Positions 9,409 to 18,674 of a stretch of DNA of 64,000 bases are shown here, piece by piece. How positions within the stretch are numbered: position 1 is the stretch's first letter; each line of letters opens with the position of its first letter. The DNA is from Thermodesulfovibrionales bacterium (GTDB lineage Bacteria > Nitrospirota > Thermodesulfovibrionia > Thermodesulfovibrionales > SM23-35): contig JASEEX010000003.1 in the NCBI GenBank assembly GCA_030019415.1, forward strand, positions 6,583 through 70,582, in the 5' to 3' direction. A program made the position numbers and the translations under genes. The notes under the pieces are model-generated. The model did no database searches. It worked only from the letters and a program-made list of their open reading frames with translations, and was not told the DNA's origin.

Positions 9409-11028
9409 ATGAAGGGTATTCATTATAAGAAGAGATTTCTGAAAGGGCTTTTGATTGCCCTGAGAATCATTATCTCTTACGGGCTATTTAACCTCATGAG
9501 TCTCTTAATGGCAGGTTACAAAAAAGAGCTGAGACTCAAAGCCCTTCACAGGAAGAACGCCATCTTTTACAGAGAAAAGGCTCTCAAGATGAAAGGTGTT
9601 ATGATAAAGGTTGGACAGTTCCTGAGCTCAAGGGTAGACTTCCTGCCTGATGAATACACTTCGGAGCTCTCACTCCTTCAGGATAGTGTTCCGCCCCATG
9701 ACTACGATAAGATAAAGAAAAGGATAATAGAAGAGCTCGGTGCCCCTCCTGAGGATATCTTCCTCAAGTTCAATACAGAGCCTATAGCAGCAGCATCTTT
9801 AGGCCAGGTACACGAGGCGGTCTTAAGGGATGGTCGCAAAGTCGCAGTAAAAATACAGTATCCTGATATCGAGAAAATAATCGAGACAGACATCAGAACA
9901 CTTAAGACTGTTATAAAGCTACTCAGGGGTAGATTCGGACGTATAAACTTTGATATGTTGCATGAGGAATTCTCGAGGATTTTAAGAGCCGAACTTAACT
10001 ATCTGGAGGAGGGGAAAAATGCCGAAAGGTTTAGCCGTAACTTCGAGGGAGATGAGAGTGTTATCTTCCCCGGGGTCTACTGGGAATACACCACCAGGCA
10101 TGTGTTAACTCTTGAATTTGTTGAAGGCATCAAGATTACCGAGTATGATTCCCTCAGGACATCAGGCATAAACTGTGAAGATTTAGTAACACTCCTTGCG
10201 GAGGTATATTCGAGGATGATTTATCTACATGGTTTCTTCCATGGAGACCCCCATCCAGGAAACATCCATGTGCAGCATGGTCCAAAGCTCGTATTTGTTG
10301 ATTTCGGAATAGTTCAGGCGATCCCTGAGAGGATAAAGAGAGAGTTGCGAAGGTTTGCGAATGCTGTTGTAGAGAGGAATCCAGAAGATGCTGTCGACTC
10401 ACTGAGAAAGATGGACTTTATACTCGAAGGTGCAGACTATAGGGTTATAATTGATCTTGCACAGTCTCTGATGGACAAATACAGGGATATATCACCAGTA
10501 GAACTTAAAAAGCTCACCATCGATGACATCTGGAAAGAGATTGAGAATGTCATAGGAATCTTAAAATTTATACAGATACCCAACAACTTCATACTCCTCG
10601 GCAGGACAATAGGGATTCTAAACGGCATATCCTACAGGCTGAATCCCGAAATCAATATTATAGAGATAGGCAGACCATTTATAAAGGAGTTTTTAAGAGG
10701 CGGGAAAAAAGAGCAGGTTGAATCAATTCTGAGGGAGTTGAAGGATATAGGCACAAAGCTCTGGAGGATACCGTCTTTGATGGATGAATTTTTACACAGG
10801 GCAAATAGGGGCGATCTGGTAGTCAGGATGTCCCATTCTGACACTGAAAAGATAACAGATCAGTTTACATCTACAACCAGGATAATGATGCTGGTCATCC
10901 TCACTGTTACAACAGCTGTAGCTGCACTCTTTTTTGAGATGATAGATGAAAGGGTATTCGCAGTAGCTGCGGCCGCCTCATCCGTAGCCCTCGGAATCGT
11001 ATCAGTGTTCAGATTGATGAGAAAATAA
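9409..11028 (+). CDS. ABC1/UbiB-family atypical kinase with C-terminal membrane anchor
   Basis: Motifs KVGQFLSSRVDFLP, AAASLGQVH, VAVKIQYP and FFHGDPHPGNI. Start chosen at MKGIHYKK; the tracked start at 9334 would overlap the divergent yacP-like gene. Confidence 0.85.
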   Translation: MKGIHYKKRFLKGLLIALRIIISYGLFNLMSLLMAGYKKELRLKALHRKNAIFYREKALKMKGVMIKVGQFLSSRVDFLPDEYTSELSLLQDSVPPHDYDKIKKRIIEELGAPPEDIFLKFNTEPIAAASLGQVHEAVLRDGRKVAVKIQYPDIEKIIETDIRTLKTVIKLLRGRFGRINFDMLHEEFSRILRAELNYLEEGKNAERFSRNFEGDESVIFPGVYWEYTTRHVLTLEFVEGIKITEYDSLRTSGINCEDLVTLLAEVYSRMIYLHGFFHGDPHPGNIHVQHGPKLVFVDFGIVQAIPERIKRELRRFANAVVERNPEDAVDSLRKMDFILEGADYRVIIDLAQSLMDKYRDISPVELKKLTIDDIWKEIENVIGILKFIQIPNNFILLGRTIGILNGISYRLNPEINIIEIGRPFIKEFLRGGKKEQVESILRELKDIGTKLWRIPSLMDEFLHRANRGDLVVRMSHSDTEKITDQFTSTTRIMMLVILTVTTAVAALFFEMIDERVFAVAAAASSVALGIVSVFRLMRK

Positions 11029-11577
11029 TGTATCACCATCCTACGCAAGAATTTCTCCATCACGACCCTGCTATGTATAAACAGGTGGCCCGTCGTATAG
11101 AAGAAATCTTTCATAAACAGGGACATAAACTCCAGAGGGTAAAGGAACTTGTTCAAAGAGTAAAAGAAGGGATCGAAAAGATAAGTCCCTTCATCCAGCA
11201 AAGTACAGAAGCCGTCTGCCCCAATTGCACGGATGTTTGCTGTATCAATAAGCATAGTTATTACAACTATGAAGATCTTGTCTATATCCATGCACTCGGT
11301 CTCAAATTCCCTGATTATGATTTTGGAAAAAAAAGATTCAATCCCATGTCAGTTTCTATCTGAAAGAGGCTGTGTGATGGATCGTTCAGTGCGACTATCT
11401 GGTTGCAACTGGTATTTCTGTGGACCTCTTTTTGACCACATGGAGGGAAGGCCAGATTATGGGGAATTTGACGACAACCTGAGAGATATAGCTGACCTCT
11501 GGCTGGAGTTAATGGATGAATTTGCCAGAGTAGTTAAAGAGACAGAAAATACGATATTTTCTGAATCCATAGGATAG
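11028..11577 (+). pseudogene. YkgJ-like (CxxCxxCC) zinc/iron-chelating domain protein split by a 1-nt frame change in an A8 run
   Basis: ORFs 11028-11363 and 11233-11577 join into one sequence, …CPNCTDVCC…DYDFGKK|DSIPCQFLSERGC…SGCNWYFCGPL…, if one A of the run 11327-11334 is removed. The start overlaps the upstream stop (TAATG). Confidence 0.65.
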
Positions 11578-11578
11578 G

Positions 11579-11818
11579 TTATATTTTATCGAGTTCTTCT
11601 TCGATAATCCGTTCTACTTGCTCAGAATGAACCTTAAGGTGTGTAACTGATGCAGAAAGTTCACTAAGCATATCTTCCATCTGATCATTTGTCAGGGTTT
11701 CTATTCTTAGCCCCTCTGTTAGTTTTATTACCTTAAGACATTCCTCTTCAAGCTCATCCAGAAGAACCAATAGCGTTTTATTTAACCTTGCCTTTTCTTT
11801 TTGTGATAATGCCCTCAT
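11579..11818 (-). CDS. Small acidic helical protein of unknown function (79 aa)
   Basis: ATGA overlap with the upstream ORF. No family recognised. Confidence 0.45.
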   Translation of the reverse strand: MRALSQKEKARLNKTLLVLLDELEEECLKVIKLTEGLRIETLTNDQMEDMLSELSASVTHLKVHSEQVERIIEEELDKI

Positions 11819-12081
11819 TTCCCCAACCTTTTTAAGGCCCTTTTTAAACTGACATGAAAGGCTTCTATTTCTGCCTCCCAGTGATGGATACGTCCTTCAT
11901 CTGGATATGGCTTTGCTCGCTCCTTCTTAATTTTATTCTCATGTTCTAAGATTTGCAACCTCACCGCTGGGACTTTCGTTCCGTGCTTTTTCATATGCTT
12001 AAGGTTAATGATCTCAAGATAGTATTCAATGCCCTGAACAAAGAGGTAACTGAATAATATAATCAGGAGGTATTTTTGCAT
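11815..12081 (-). CDS. Chimeric ORF: M48 (Ste24-type) peptidase N-terminal segment fused to an unrelated basic tail
   Basis: The first ~40 aa (LLIILFSYLFVQGIEYYLEIINLKHMKKHGTKVP) match the Peptidase_M48_N pattern LNLRHLKKHG..VP. The remainder (…HENKIKKERAKPYPDEGRIHHWEAEIEAFHVSLKRALKRLGK) is unrelated, and no HEXXH domain follows. Confidence 0.4.
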   Translation of the reverse strand: MQKYLLIILFSYLFVQGIEYYLEIINLKHMKKHGTKVPAVRLQILEHENKIKKERAKPYPDEGRIHHWEAEIEAFHVSLKRALKRLGK

Positions 12082-12247
12082 GGTATTTAAAGTGGTATTT
12101 TATCCCCTTTGGACTTGAAATGTCTAAAAAGAAGATAGATTGCCAATAAAATTATAACCAATAAAATCCCTATAAGTTCAATCCTTGTGATATCCTTTTT
12201 TATTTAAACCTGAATTATGCAGGGGTATTATGAAAGCATTGCTATGT

Positions 12248-12306
12248 GTCACCCTGAACTCGTTTCAGGGTCTCATTTTAGAGATTCTGAAATAAATTCA
12301 GAATGA
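12248..12306. repeat. GTCAnCCTGAA…TTCAGG / CTGAAATAAATTCAG palindromic repeat units
   Basis: GTCACCCTGAACTCGTTTCAGGGT and GATTCTGAAATAAATTCAGAATGAC. Same family as 36601-36693. Confidence 0.7.
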
Positions 12307-12426
12307 CAGTTTACAGACATCTTTTATCAACCCTTGCGTAATTTGGGTTAAATTAAACAAAAATTATTTAAATGCTAAACATAGTCAGCTTTTCCAGAGT
12401 TTTTTTAATGACTGAAAACATTCCTA

Positions 12427-12435
12427 TGGTATAAT
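12427..12435 (+). promoter_or_regulatory. Extended -10 element (TGGTATAAT) upstream of the FmdB-like gene
   Basis: TGnTATAAT match lying 26 nt upstream of the ATG at 12461, with AGGAGG in between. No clear -35. Confidence 0.35.
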
Positions 12436-12460
12436 AAAAATTTGAAGGAGGTTGACAAAG

Positions 12461-12721
12461 ATGCCGATATATGAGTATGAATGCCCAAATTGCGGTAAAC
12501 AATATGAGATATTCCAGAGATTTAATGATGAACCATTGAGCAGATGTCCTGATTGTGGTGGACACGTGCATAAACTAATCTCCCGAACTTCTTTCATCCT
12601 TAAAGGTACAGGATGGTATGTAACAGACTATGCCTCTCCTGAAAGAAAAAAGGCGACAGAGGTTGAAGATAAATCTGATACAAAGACAGAATCCAAGGTA
12701 GATACCTCTACCAAAAATTAA
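12461..12721 (+). CDS. FmdB-family zinc-ribbon protein
   Basis: [12 protein letters not shown]…CPDCGG (CxxC…CxxC). AGGAGG lies 8 nt upstream of the ATG at 12461. Confidence 0.8.
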   Translation: MPIYEYECPNCGKQYEIFQRFNDEPLSRCPDCGGHVHKLISRTSFILKGTGWYVTDYASPERKKATEVEDKSDTKTESKVDTSTKN

Positions 12722-13476
12722 TGATAAATCCTCACATCCATATTCCTTATCACAGAATAGGGGATTATCTTCACTTCATTAAAAAATACCTCCTGAACCT
12801 CGAGATATATTTTACGTCAAATTCCCTCGACATTATAAACAATTCTGATATCATAAGGCTTAAAGAAAGGCTCGATTATCAGCCATTCTTAACCTTTCAT
12901 GCGCCATTTATGGACCTATCACCAGGGGCAGTGGATTCAAAGGTCAGGGATGTTACCATAAAAAGGTTTTCATATGTCTTTGATATAGCAGAAACCCTGA
13001 AGCCGGAGGTAATTGTCTTTCATTCAGGATACGAAAAATGGAAGTATGCACAAAGGGTTGACATCTGGCTCGAAGGGAGCCTGATAACGTGGAGGTCTCT
13101 ATTACCGAGGGCAACTGATTTGGGTCTCAAGATAGCAATTGAAAATATCTTCGAGGACGAACCAACAAACCTGAGGCTCCTCATGGAAGAGATGGGATCT
13201 AAGGATTTTGGGATATGCTTTGATACCGGCCATTGTAATCTTTTTTCGAAGATTCCCCTCGAGGAATGGTTGAGACAGCTCAAACCTTATATCATTGAAC
13301 TCCACCTGCATGACAACAAAAGGGATACTGATACCCACAGCTCGATCGGGGATGGGACATTTGACTTTGATACCTTATTTTCAATGCTTAAAGATAAAAA
13401 CCTCATCTATACGATTGAGGCACATACACCGGAGGATGTCTTAAAAAGTCTTGAAAGGCTCAAGGCTTACCTATAG
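12721..13476 (+). CDS. Xylose-isomerase-like TIM-barrel protein (sugar phosphate isomerase/epimerase family)
   Basis: 251 aa with HAPF, VFHSG, IENIFE, DTGHCN and HLHDN motifs. TAATG overlap with the upstream gene. Confidence 0.7.
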   Translation: MINPHIHIPYHRIGDYLHFIKKYLLNLEIYFTSNSLDIINNSDIIRLKERLDYQPFLTFHAPFMDLSPGAVDSKVRDVTIKRFSYVFDIAETLKPEVIVFHSGYEKWKYAQRVDIWLEGSLITWRSLLPRATDLGLKIAIENIFEDEPTNLRLLMEEMGSKDFGICFDTGHCNLFSKIPLEEWLRQLKPYIIELHLHDNKRDTDTHSSIGDGTFDFDTLFSMLKDKNLIYTIEAHTPEDVLKSLERLKAYL

Positions 13477-14598
13477 CCTATCTACCTGATTCCTTATCGA
13501 AAATCCCCTGAGTTCTGGTGAACCTCTCCCCTTATACTGAACGATAACCTTGTGAGTTTCACCCATGGTACCGGGTAAAATTAACCCTTTTATCTTTGCA
13601 ACCTCAAAGAGATAGTCAGGAGTATTTCCATAACGTTCCTTAACCATCTCGACAATTCCGAGGGCAATGAGGAAGGCCCCCTGCTGGCAGAATCCGAGGG
13701 TCTTCAATCCGATATCTTCTCCCCATTTCTTTACAGACGAGAAATTAACATGTGATGTAATGTCCTGCTCTCCTATATTCTTGTAAGGGTCTTCATTCAT
13801 CTGGTGTTTGTAATAACAGAAGAGGGTACCCCTGTTTCTATCATCGCTGTAATAATCCTGTGCAGGATAACCATAATCTATTGCCAAAATAAATCCTTCT
13901 GACAGTACTTCGTCAACAGATCTGAGCCAGTCTTTTATCCTGAGGTTAATCTCTGTCCTGTATCCTTTTTTGAGTTCTATGGAAAACTCATTAAGGTAAT
14001 CAGCTATAGCATCTGTATTCAAATTCCCCTTTGTCTCAACAAGTGTATCCTTATCAACTGAAACATAGATCTCTCTTAACTCATCCTCCATCTCAACGAG
14101 ATGTACAGGAAAGGCATCGAGGAGTTCATTCGAGAGGATACAGCCCCTTATGCTTCCTACTTCTTTTAATGAAGAACACCACTTCACTCTATGCAGAAAA
14201 CCCTCAAGCAGTTTCTCCTGCTTATGCTGCATAAAGGGACTGTGCTCAACTATTACATAGGTCAGTGAATTAAAAAAATCCCTTTTTGTGAGGTAATCGA
14301 GGATATCTTTGCACATATATCCTGCACCTGCGCCAATCTCAATAACATGAAAGTCATCCGCCTCTGGCGGATTTCCCATTACCTCCCACATCTCCTCAAT
14401 CTGTTTTCCGATCATTGCCCCGAATGCAGGATGAAGGTGAGGGCTCGTATAGAAATCCCCTACCCTCCCTATCTCCGTCTTGTCAGATGCATAATAACCA
14501 AGCCAAGGCTCATAAAGAGCCATCTCCATAAAGGTTTCAAAGGTAATAGGGCCTTCTTTCCGGATTTTCTCGATAATCTTTTGCTCAAGGGTGTTCAT
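13471..14598 (-). CDS. MidA/NDUFAF7-family SAM-dependent methyltransferase (DUF185)
   Basis: ITFETFMEMALYEPWLGYY, GDFYTSPHL, VIEIGAGAGY and SNELLDAFPVH. Confidence 0.85.
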   Translation of the reverse strand: MNTLEQKIIEKIRKEGPITFETFMEMALYEPWLGYYASDKTEIGRVGDFYTSPHLHPAFGAMIGKQIEEMWEVMGNPPEADDFHVIEIGAGAGYMCKDILDYLTKRDFFNSLTYVIVEHSPFMQHKQEKLLEGFLHRVKWCSSLKEVGSIRGCILSNELLDAFPVHLVEMEDELREIYVSVDKDTLVETKGNLNTDAIADYLNEFSIELKKGYRTEINLRIKDWLRSVDEVLSEGFILAIDYGYPAQDYYSDDRNRGTLFCYYKHQMNEDPYKNIGEQDITSHVNFSSVKKWGEDIGLKTLGFCQQGAFLIALGIVEMVKERYGNTPDYLFEVAKIKGLILPGTMGETHKVIVQYKGRGSPELRGFSIRNQVDRL

Positions 14599-14685
14599 AT
14601 TAAATCCTCAGCAAAAACCATTCCCTAAAGCGGCATCAAGGCGATTTAAAAACCATGGAGAGCGGTTTCTTTCAATGGTAGGCGC

Positions 14686-14760
14686 GAGGGGGATTGAACC
14701 CCTGACTTCTTCCGCGTCAAGGAAGCGCTCTCCCACTGAGCTACGCGCCTGAAGATATAT
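14686..14760 (-). tRNA. tRNA-Val (GAC), CCA encoded
   Basis: The reverse complement reads AGGCGCGTAGCTCAGTGGGAGAGCGCTTCCTTGACGCGGAAGAAGTCAGGGGTTCAATCCCCCTCGCGCCTACCA. The anticodon loop is UUGACGC. Confidence 0.9.
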
Positions 14761-14762
14761 AA

Positions 14763-14792
14763 TTTAAACATAAAATTGGAGAGACTTGTCAA
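14763..14792 (-). promoter_or_regulatory. Candidate promoter for tRNA-Val (TTGACA-18-TTTAAA)
   Basis: Perfect -35 at 14792-14787 (minus strand) and a 4/6 match for the -10. The mature tRNA 5' end lies 12 nt beyond the -10. Confidence 0.35.
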
Positions 14793-14801
14793 GGCAGTGG
14801 C

Positions 14802-16112
14802 CTAATAAATGACCTTTCCGAAATACTCTATGGCCCTTGCGAGTTCTCTTTTTTCTTTTGCATATTCTTCTAAGGGGATATTTTTTACAACAGCATCCCA
14901 TGCCTGCCTTATGCTCTTCGCCCCGGCCTCTGGACCATCAGGGTGGGCGTAGGTGCCCGCACCTGACAGGTGTATAAAATCAAGGTGTCCGATCTTCCTT
15001 GCATTCACAGGGGCCTTGCCTGCCCATTGACCACCGGAACTTACAGGTAAGGCATCCTTAACACCACCGAAATCCAATGTGCATGCACGCATGTTCCATA
15101 GAACTTCTTCATCAGGCTCATAGAGCTTGCCCTGGATAGCGCCACAATGAATCTGGTCCGCACCACAGAGACGGAATAATTTTGTGAGTGCCATAAAGTT
15201 AATACCTATATATGGGCTTCTTGACCACATCGGTGCAAAATCTCTATGGCAGTGGATAGGTACTCGTGTATATTCAGCAAGCTCTCGCATTGCCTCAAGG
15301 CCTGCGGTTGCAGCATTCAGCATTACACAGTTTCCACCATTTTCTACTACTATATCGTGAAGCTCCTTTATCCTGTCCAGCCTATCAGTAATATTGAACG
15401 CATACATCTTTTTTTCGCCTGTCTCTTCCCCTGCACGTTTAAGTAATGATGTAACCTTTTTGACACGATTTTTTATAGAATTATACGAGGTGTCAGCAAG
15501 CAGTTCATCGTCCTTTATGAAATCCAGACCTCCCTTTGCACCTTCATATGCTAACTCTGCAAGCCTATCAGCAGGCAGTCCTACACAAGGCTTGATGATA
15601 GCACCTATGATCGGTCTATCATAGATATTTAAAATATCTCTGCATCCCTTGATGCCGAACCCGGGTCCTTTAAAATTCCTTAGAAATGATTCTGGAAATT
15701 CCAGATCCATCAACCTTATTGCTGTAAGGGCACCCATCTCGTAGAGGTTCCCTGCGACAGCGGTGAGAAGATTCGGTATCTTTGGACCGAAATTTATATG
15801 AGGAAAGGCAAGCCTTAAGACAGCAGCTCTTATCTGCATACCGAACTCAGATAGGGCTACGCCTGTGGGAAGATTCTGCCTGAATTCACCTGGTACGGGA
15901 TAGATCCCTACTACTTTTATCCCATGTCTTTCTCTGAGGTAGTCTGTCTCGTCTCCAACACGCTTCCATGTTCCTGTTGACTGCTCTGCAGCAAGGGCGT
16001 TAGCAGCCTCGTATAAATCCATCGGGGTTTCGAGATAATAGGTTGCGATAATATAATCTTCATCATTTATTGCCTCTGGAAATCTTATTAAGTCTCGTTT
16101 AAAACTCATCAA
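14802..16112 (-). CDS. RuBisCO large-subunit family protein, probably a RuBisCO-like protein (form IV) rather than a carboxylase
   Basis: AAEQSTGTW, AGNLYEM…RLMDLEFP, IIKPCVGL, GGLDFIKDDE, IHCHRDF, IHCGAIQGKL, PVSSGG and LSGAGTYAHPDG. Confidence 0.8.
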   Translation of the reverse strand: MMSFKRDLIRFPEAINDEDYIIATYYLETPMDLYEAANALAAEQSTGTWKRVGDETDYLRERHGIKVVGIYPVPGEFRQNLPTGVALSEFGMQIRAAVLRLAFPHINFGPKIPNLLTAVAGNLYEMGALTAIRLMDLEFPESFLRNFKGPGFGIKGCRDILNIYDRPIIGAIIKPCVGLPADRLAELAYEGAKGGLDFIKDDELLADTSYNSIKNRVKKVTSLLKRAGEETGEKKMYAFNITDRLDRIKELHDIVVENGGNCVMLNAATAGLEAMRELAEYTRVPIHCHRDFAPMWSRSPYIGINFMALTKLFRLCGADQIHCGAIQGKLYEPDEEVLWNMRACTLDFGGVKDALPVSSGGQWAGKAPVNARKIGHLDFIHLSGAGTYAHPDGPEAGAKSIRQAWDAVVKNIPLEEYAKEKRELARAIEYFGKVIY

Positions 16113-16168
16113 TTCCTCCCTTTAAAAACCAAAAATTAACCATGAGGTGGGAAAGGTTGGTGAAGAAG

Positions 16169-17422
16169 TTAAAAAAGTCTGACCTCAACAATCTCGCCTT
16201 CCTCCACCCCGAGTTTTCTTAGAGGTATGACGGCTGTTCCGTCTGCCCTTATCAATGTTGTAATAAGACCTGATTTGCCGAGTATGGGCACAGCCCATAT
16301 CTCCCCTCCCCTTTCTTCGAGATAAACCCCTATATGTTCTTCTCTACCAGGGCTTGAGGAGATATTCCTTGCAATCCTTGCTTTAATAGTCCGCTTCTCC
16401 ATCTTGAATCTAACTTTACTTAATCCAGAAAGGGCTCTTAAAACAGGCCTGATGAATATCTCGAAACATACAGAAACAGCTGCTGGATGTCCCGGAAGAC
16501 CAAATATAGGAATATTATTTACAATGCCTCCTATTAATGGTTTGCCTGGCTTTAGTGATACACCGTGGAACAGGACACCTGGCCTTCCAAGGTCATCTAT
16601 AACCTGGGCAGTAACGTCTTTTGTGCCGACAGAGCTACCACCCGAGACCAGAACTATATCTGAATCCCTTAAAGACTTCTCAACAACATCTCTTATGATA
16701 TTATATTCATCTTTAAATATACCTTTTATAAGAGGGATGGCTCCTGCATCTAAAAGAAGCCCGGCAAGGTTATAAGAATTTATATCCCTCACCTGTCCGG
16801 GTTTTACCGGTCTGCCAGGAGGAACTATCTCATCACCCGTTGATACTATCGAGCCTTTTTGTCTTTCATAAACCCAGACATCATTTATGCCAAGGCCAGC
16901 AAGTACCCCCATATCCTGTGGCCTCATTTTATGGCCCTTTTTCAGTACACAATCGCCTTTCTTTACATCCTCCCCCGGCTGTATCACATTTTCGCCAGGT
17001 GCAACAGGTTTTACGACCTCTATCATGCCCTCGTCTATCTGCTGGGTGTGTTCGAGCATAACAACTGCATCTGCACCCTTCGGAAGCATTCCGCCCGTTG
17101 CAATCTTTGCAACCTCACCTTTTTTTAGTTCAAAATCAGGCTCCTTACCCATTAATATTTCGTATCTTATGTTAAGGTAAGCAGGCATCCCCTCTGTAGC
17201 TCCAAAGGTATCGGAGGCAGACACCGCAAATCCATCAACTGTGGAACGGGAAAAATCTGGAAGGTCTTCCGGAGAGAAGACGTCTCTTGATAAGATCCTT
17301 CCGTATGATTCATCTATTTTTAGACTTCTTTCAGGGGGTAGTTTGGGGGAAAGGTTGCTGAAAATAAGCTCGAGGGCACTCTCTACAGTTATTACCTCTT
17401 CTCTGCCAAGCATGTCCCGCAT
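16169..17422 (-). CDS. moeA: Molybdopterin molybdenumtransferase
   Basis: 417 aa with MoeA N, MoCF-biosynthesis (STGDE…GGSSVG) and C-terminal domains. Confidence 0.9.
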   Translation of the reverse strand: MRDMLGREEVITVESALELIFSNLSPKLPPERSLKIDESYGRILSRDVFSPEDLPDFSRSTVDGFAVSASDTFGATEGMPAYLNIRYEILMGKEPDFELKKGEVAKIATGGMLPKGADAVVMLEHTQQIDEGMIEVVKPVAPGENVIQPGEDVKKGDCVLKKGHKMRPQDMGVLAGLGINDVWVYERQKGSIVSTGDEIVPPGRPVKPGQVRDINSYNLAGLLLDAGAIPLIKGIFKDEYNIIRDVVEKSLRDSDIVLVSGGSSVGTKDVTAQVIDDLGRPGVLFHGVSLKPGKPLIGGIVNNIPIFGLPGHPAAVSVCFEIFIRPVLRALSGLSKVRFKMEKRTIKARIARNISSSPGREEHIGVYLEERGGEIWAVPILGKSGLITTLIRADGTAVIPLRKLGVEEGEIVEVRLF

Positions 17423-17430
17423 TGCTTTCC

Positions 17431-17988
17431 CTAATCTCTATTAAATCTATTCATTGCCTCATCCAGACCATCTAATAGGATTGAGGTGACGGCATCCAAT
17501 GCCTTTTCGATAGCCTTTTTTATTAGAAAGATCTCGTCTTTTCTGAACCTGGTCAGGACATAATCTTCGGCAAAAAAACCCGCTTCCCTCCCGATCCCTA
17601 TCTTTAATCGGATAAACTCCTTCGAAGAGACGCTCTGTATTATTGACTCAACTCCTTTGTGACCTCCTGATAAACCCTTTCTCCTGATCCGGAGTTTTCC
17701 TACCTCCATATCGAGGTCGTCATGAATAACTATGAGTTTCTCCAGAGGGATGTTAAATCTGCTTATTATGTCTTTTACGGCGAGACCACTCCTGTTCATA
17801 TAAAGAAGGGGCTCTATAAGCAGGACTTTCTCTCCATCTATAGAGCCCCTCCCTATCCTGTATTTCTCCTCCTCTTTGAGGTCTATTTCATATCTTCTTG
17901 CAATTTCTTCAGCAACCATAAAGCCAATATTGTGTCTTGTTCTGGAATATTTTTTCCCAGGGTTCCCAAGGCCCACCACAATCCACAA
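17431..17988 (-). CDS. pth: Peptidyl-tRNA hydrolase
   Basis: The N-terminus (W)IVVGLGNPGKKYSRTRHNIGF. TTG start immediately after the rplY stop. Confidence 0.95.
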   Translation of the reverse strand: MWIVVGLGNPGKKYSRTRHNIGFMVAEEIARRYEIDLKEEEKYRIGRGSIDGEKVLLIEPLLYMNRSGLAVKDIISRFNIPLEKLIVIHDDLDMEVGKLRIRRKGLSGGHKGVESIIQSVSSKEFIRLKIGIGREAGFFAEDYVLTRFRKDEIFLIKKAIEKALDAVTSILLDGLDEAMNRFNRD

Positions 17989-18633
17989 CTAACCTTCCTC
18001 CTCCTTCTTTCCTTTCTTTATCACCTCTGGCTCTTTAACCTCGGGTGCAACAACCTCGGCAGGTGCAACCTCCTCAACTACAGGAGCTACAACATTAACT
18101 ATAACCTCATCAGGGTCAGTGAGAACCTTTATGCCCCCCTCGAGTTTCAGGTCCCTGACATGAAGAGACTGGCCTATTTCAAGACCTGATATATCTATTT
18201 CGATGTGTCCTGGAATACTGTCTGGAAGACATCCCACCTCTATCTCCCTGAGCAGGTACTGCAATACCCCTCCATTCCTCCTAACACCTATTGGTTCCCC
18301 AACAATAGTTATATGTACGGTGACCCTCACCTCTTCTGTAAGGGAGACCTCAAAAAAATCTGCATGGAGTAACTCCCCCTTGGTGGGGTCAACCTGATAA
18401 TCCTTCATCAATGCGAGTCTGCTTGAGCCATCCCCAAATTTAAGGTTCACCATAACCTGCTCACCTGCGGTTGTATTAATAAACTGTGATAGCTCCTTCT
18501 CAGGAAATTTTATAGAGAAAGAATCTCCACCCCTATAAAGGATTGCTGGAATCATATTCTTCCTTCTCAGGGCACGAGCTGCACCCTTTCCAACTTCCTC
18601 CCTCTTTTCTACATTAAGAGTCATCCTCTCCAT
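17989..18633 (-). CDS. rplY: 50S ribosomal protein L25 / general stress protein Ctc
   Basis: 214 aa. N-terminal L25 fold (RALRRKNMIPAILYG-like), Ctc-type C-terminal domain and an acidic/lysine tail. Confidence 0.9.
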   Translation of the reverse strand: MERMTLNVEKREEVGKGAARALRRKNMIPAILYRGGDSFSIKFPEKELSQFINTTAGEQVMVNLKFGDGSSRLALMKDYQVDPTKGELLHADFFEVSLTEEVRVTVHITIVGEPIGVRRNGGVLQYLLREIEVGCLPDSIPGHIEIDISGLEIGQSLHVRDLKLEGGIKVLTDPDEVIVNVVAPVVEEVAPAEVVAPEVKEPEVIKKGKKEEEG

Positions 18634-18646
18634 CTCTCCTCCTTTA

Positions 18647-18673
18647 CCCAGTTAGAAAGAATTTCTAACGGGG
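18647..18673. repeat. CCC(A)GTTAGAAA-GAA-TTTCTAACGGGG hairpin in the prs-rplY spacer
   Basis: Same family as 7844-7885 and 36843-36871. Confidence 0.7.
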
Positions 18674-18674
18674 C

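Noticed and set aside
12087-12191. ~34-codon hydrophobic reading frame on the minus strand (…IELIGILLVIILLAIYLLFRHFKSKGDKIPL) upstream of the M48-chimera ORF, as a possible small membrane toxin.
   Set aside because: There is no ATG/GTG/TTG start in frame and only a weak RBS-like sequence. It is too short to support from sequence alone.
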